NCBI RefSeq assembly: GCF_018350175.1
Contig: NC_058368.1
Span: forward strand, 202,990,001 to 203,054,000
DNA from: Felis catus
Taxonomy: Eukaryota
DNA length: 64,000 nt
Direction of reading: 5' to 3'
Each line of letters opens with the position of its first letter. The first letter of the stretch is position 1. Both the position numbers and the translations under genes were made by a program. The notes under the pieces are model-generated. The model saw only the letters and a list, made by a program, of their open reading frames with translations, made no database searches and had not been told where the DNA came from. This document shows, one piece after another, positions 62,290 to 64,000 of the stretch.

Positions 62290-63190
62290 CTTTAGCAGAT
62301 AGTGCCTACTTTCAGAATAATTGTACCAACTAACACTCTCTATAGCAATGTGTTAAGTTTAGTTTCTCTATGTCCTGGCCCCAGACTTGATATTATCAAA
62401 TTTTTGGTATGTTTGTTTGTGTGTACGTTTGTTGAAAATGAGAACATTTTGGTGGCTATGTAGTGCTATTTCATTGTGATTTTATTTTGCACTGTTCATG
62501 TTACTATTTTTTGGACACAGCCTTTTATTTCACTTTATTTTTTAAAAAATTTTAACGTTTATTTTTGAGAGAGAGAGAGAGACAGACAGAGCCCGAGTGG
62601 GAGAGGGACAGAGAGTGAGGGAGACACAGAATCTGAAGCAAGCTCCAGGCTCTGAGCAGTCAACACAGAGCCAGACGTGGGGTTAGGACCCATGAACCAT
62701 GAGATCATAACCTGAGCTGAAGTAAGATGCTTAATCAACCAAGCCCCACCCAGGCACCCCTACCCTTTTTCTTTCACTTTAAAGTGGCTGATCAAGTCTT
62801 TTGTCCTTTTAAAAAGTTGAGTTGCCTGTTTCTTTCTTGGTATTTTTAAGGATTGTTTATATATGAATCATATGAGATATGTCTATTGCAAATATCTCCT
62901 ACCATTCTGTGGATTTTCTTTCCACTCTCATGTGACTCCTTTTTAAAACATAATTATATTTTAATGAAATTGCATTTATTAATCTTGTCCTTTATAGCTA
63001 GTATTTTTGTGCTCTGTTGAGAAATCTTTCCCTAACCCAAGATTATGTCTTTTATACAATCTGTATTATCATCTTTTTATAATTAGATCTATATATTTAG
63101 ATCTGTAGTGGAAATGGTATTTTGTGTGTATGGCTTAATGTAGAGGTGAACATTCATTTTCCTTCCCTATAGAAGCCTGAATCTTTAAGC
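62290..63190 (-). mobile_element. Old L1ME-like fragment interrupted by a SINE
   Basis: TTGCAAATATCTCCTACCATTCTGTGG...GAAATCTTTCCCTAACCCAAG. Confidence 0.75.
62538..62760 (-). mobile_element. Can-SINE
   Basis: Antisense SINE; TSD core TTTCACTTTA. Confidence 0.95.
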
Positions 63191-63569
63191 AGCCTTGTTA
63201 TTCTCTGATGTCTTTAATGTTTATTTCCATATTTCATAGTTGTTTATGGTGGGAAGTTTGGTCCTATGTATATTTTAGTCCTAGAGTTCTAAATGTAGCA
63301 CACCAAAAGATCTTCCTCTTCCATTAACTTTATATATCAAATGACAAATATTTCTTCAGAATAGTCATAGGATACATATTATATGATGAAGAAAGAATTT
63401 TCTGCTTAGAGTCAAGTTCAGGTAAAACCAATTTTTACTATTACATTAACTTGGAAGGAACATTCCAAAAACACCTGAAAGCCAATAAGTCATAATGGTG
63501 TTTATTATATTGATAAATATGAACTATTTCTTGGAAATTTAAGAAAAAATATATATTAAAACATTCCAT

Positions 63570-63785
63570 GGGGCACCTGGGTAGCTCAGTGGGCTGAGCA
63601 TCAGGCTCTCGATTTCAGCTCAGTTTGTGACCTTAAAGTTTGTGAGTTTAATCCCCGCATCTGGCTCTACACGGACAGTGTGGAGCCTGCTTGGGATTCT
63701 CTCTCTCCTCTCTGCTCCTTCCCCAACTGCACTCTCTCTCTTTCTCTCTCTCTCTCAAAATAAATAAACTTAAAAAAATTTTTTG
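63570..63785 (+). mobile_element. Older Can-SINE
   Basis: GGGGCACCTGGGTAGCTCAG...(CT)n AAAATAAATAAAC; no clear TSD. Confidence 0.93.
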
Positions 63786-64000
63786 AAAGGCTCTCTTTTT
63801 CTCAAAGGAAAATTAATTAAATATAGGACACTTTTCAAAACTGGATTTGGTATTTATTAAAAGAAAAGTGAACAAAGCACACACAAAGATTGATAACTCA
63901 AGATTAGAGTAGTACATGAAAGTTTTGGCTTAATAGCCCCTAGAAAATTAACACAGTCCACCTTAAAAAAGAGATGGAAATGATATTATTTCCTGAGCAT

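Noticed and set aside
908..63785. Recurrent ~200-bp repeats with tRNA-like A/B boxes (tRNA genes or a CRISPR-like array?)
   Set aside because: They are dispersed tRNA-derived Can-SINEs with A-tails and TSDs; no cloverleaf gene, regular spacers or cas genes

Overview
AT-rich mammalian DNA with no CpG island, almost certainly from a felid (cat family). The evidence is 25 tRNA-derived Can-SINEs (GGGGCGCCTGGGTGGC... head, (CT)n, A-tail; several in the young cat SINEC_Fc form) and young felid-type L1 3' ends with perfect target-site duplications (TSDs). Much of the window is interspersed repeat: L1 of several ages, L2, MIR, MaLR/ERVL/ERV1 LTRs and hAT MER elements. The rest is unique non-coding-looking DNA, consistent with a large intron or gene desert. 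I recognise no intact protein-coding gene, RNA gene or CRISPR array. The ORF track is L1 ORF2 remnants, SINE read-through, simple repeats and chance ORFs. I found no convincing new biological system. The best leads are an unidentified ~540-bp insert inside an old L1 (32435-32976), an apparent MLT2/MaLR chimeric provirus (55699-57465), a SINE-L1-SINE block that may have inserted as one unit (58275-59160), and several clear retrotransposition or repair footprints. Repeat family names come from recalled consensus sequences, not from a RepeatMasker/Dfam run. Boundaries of old elements are approximate.
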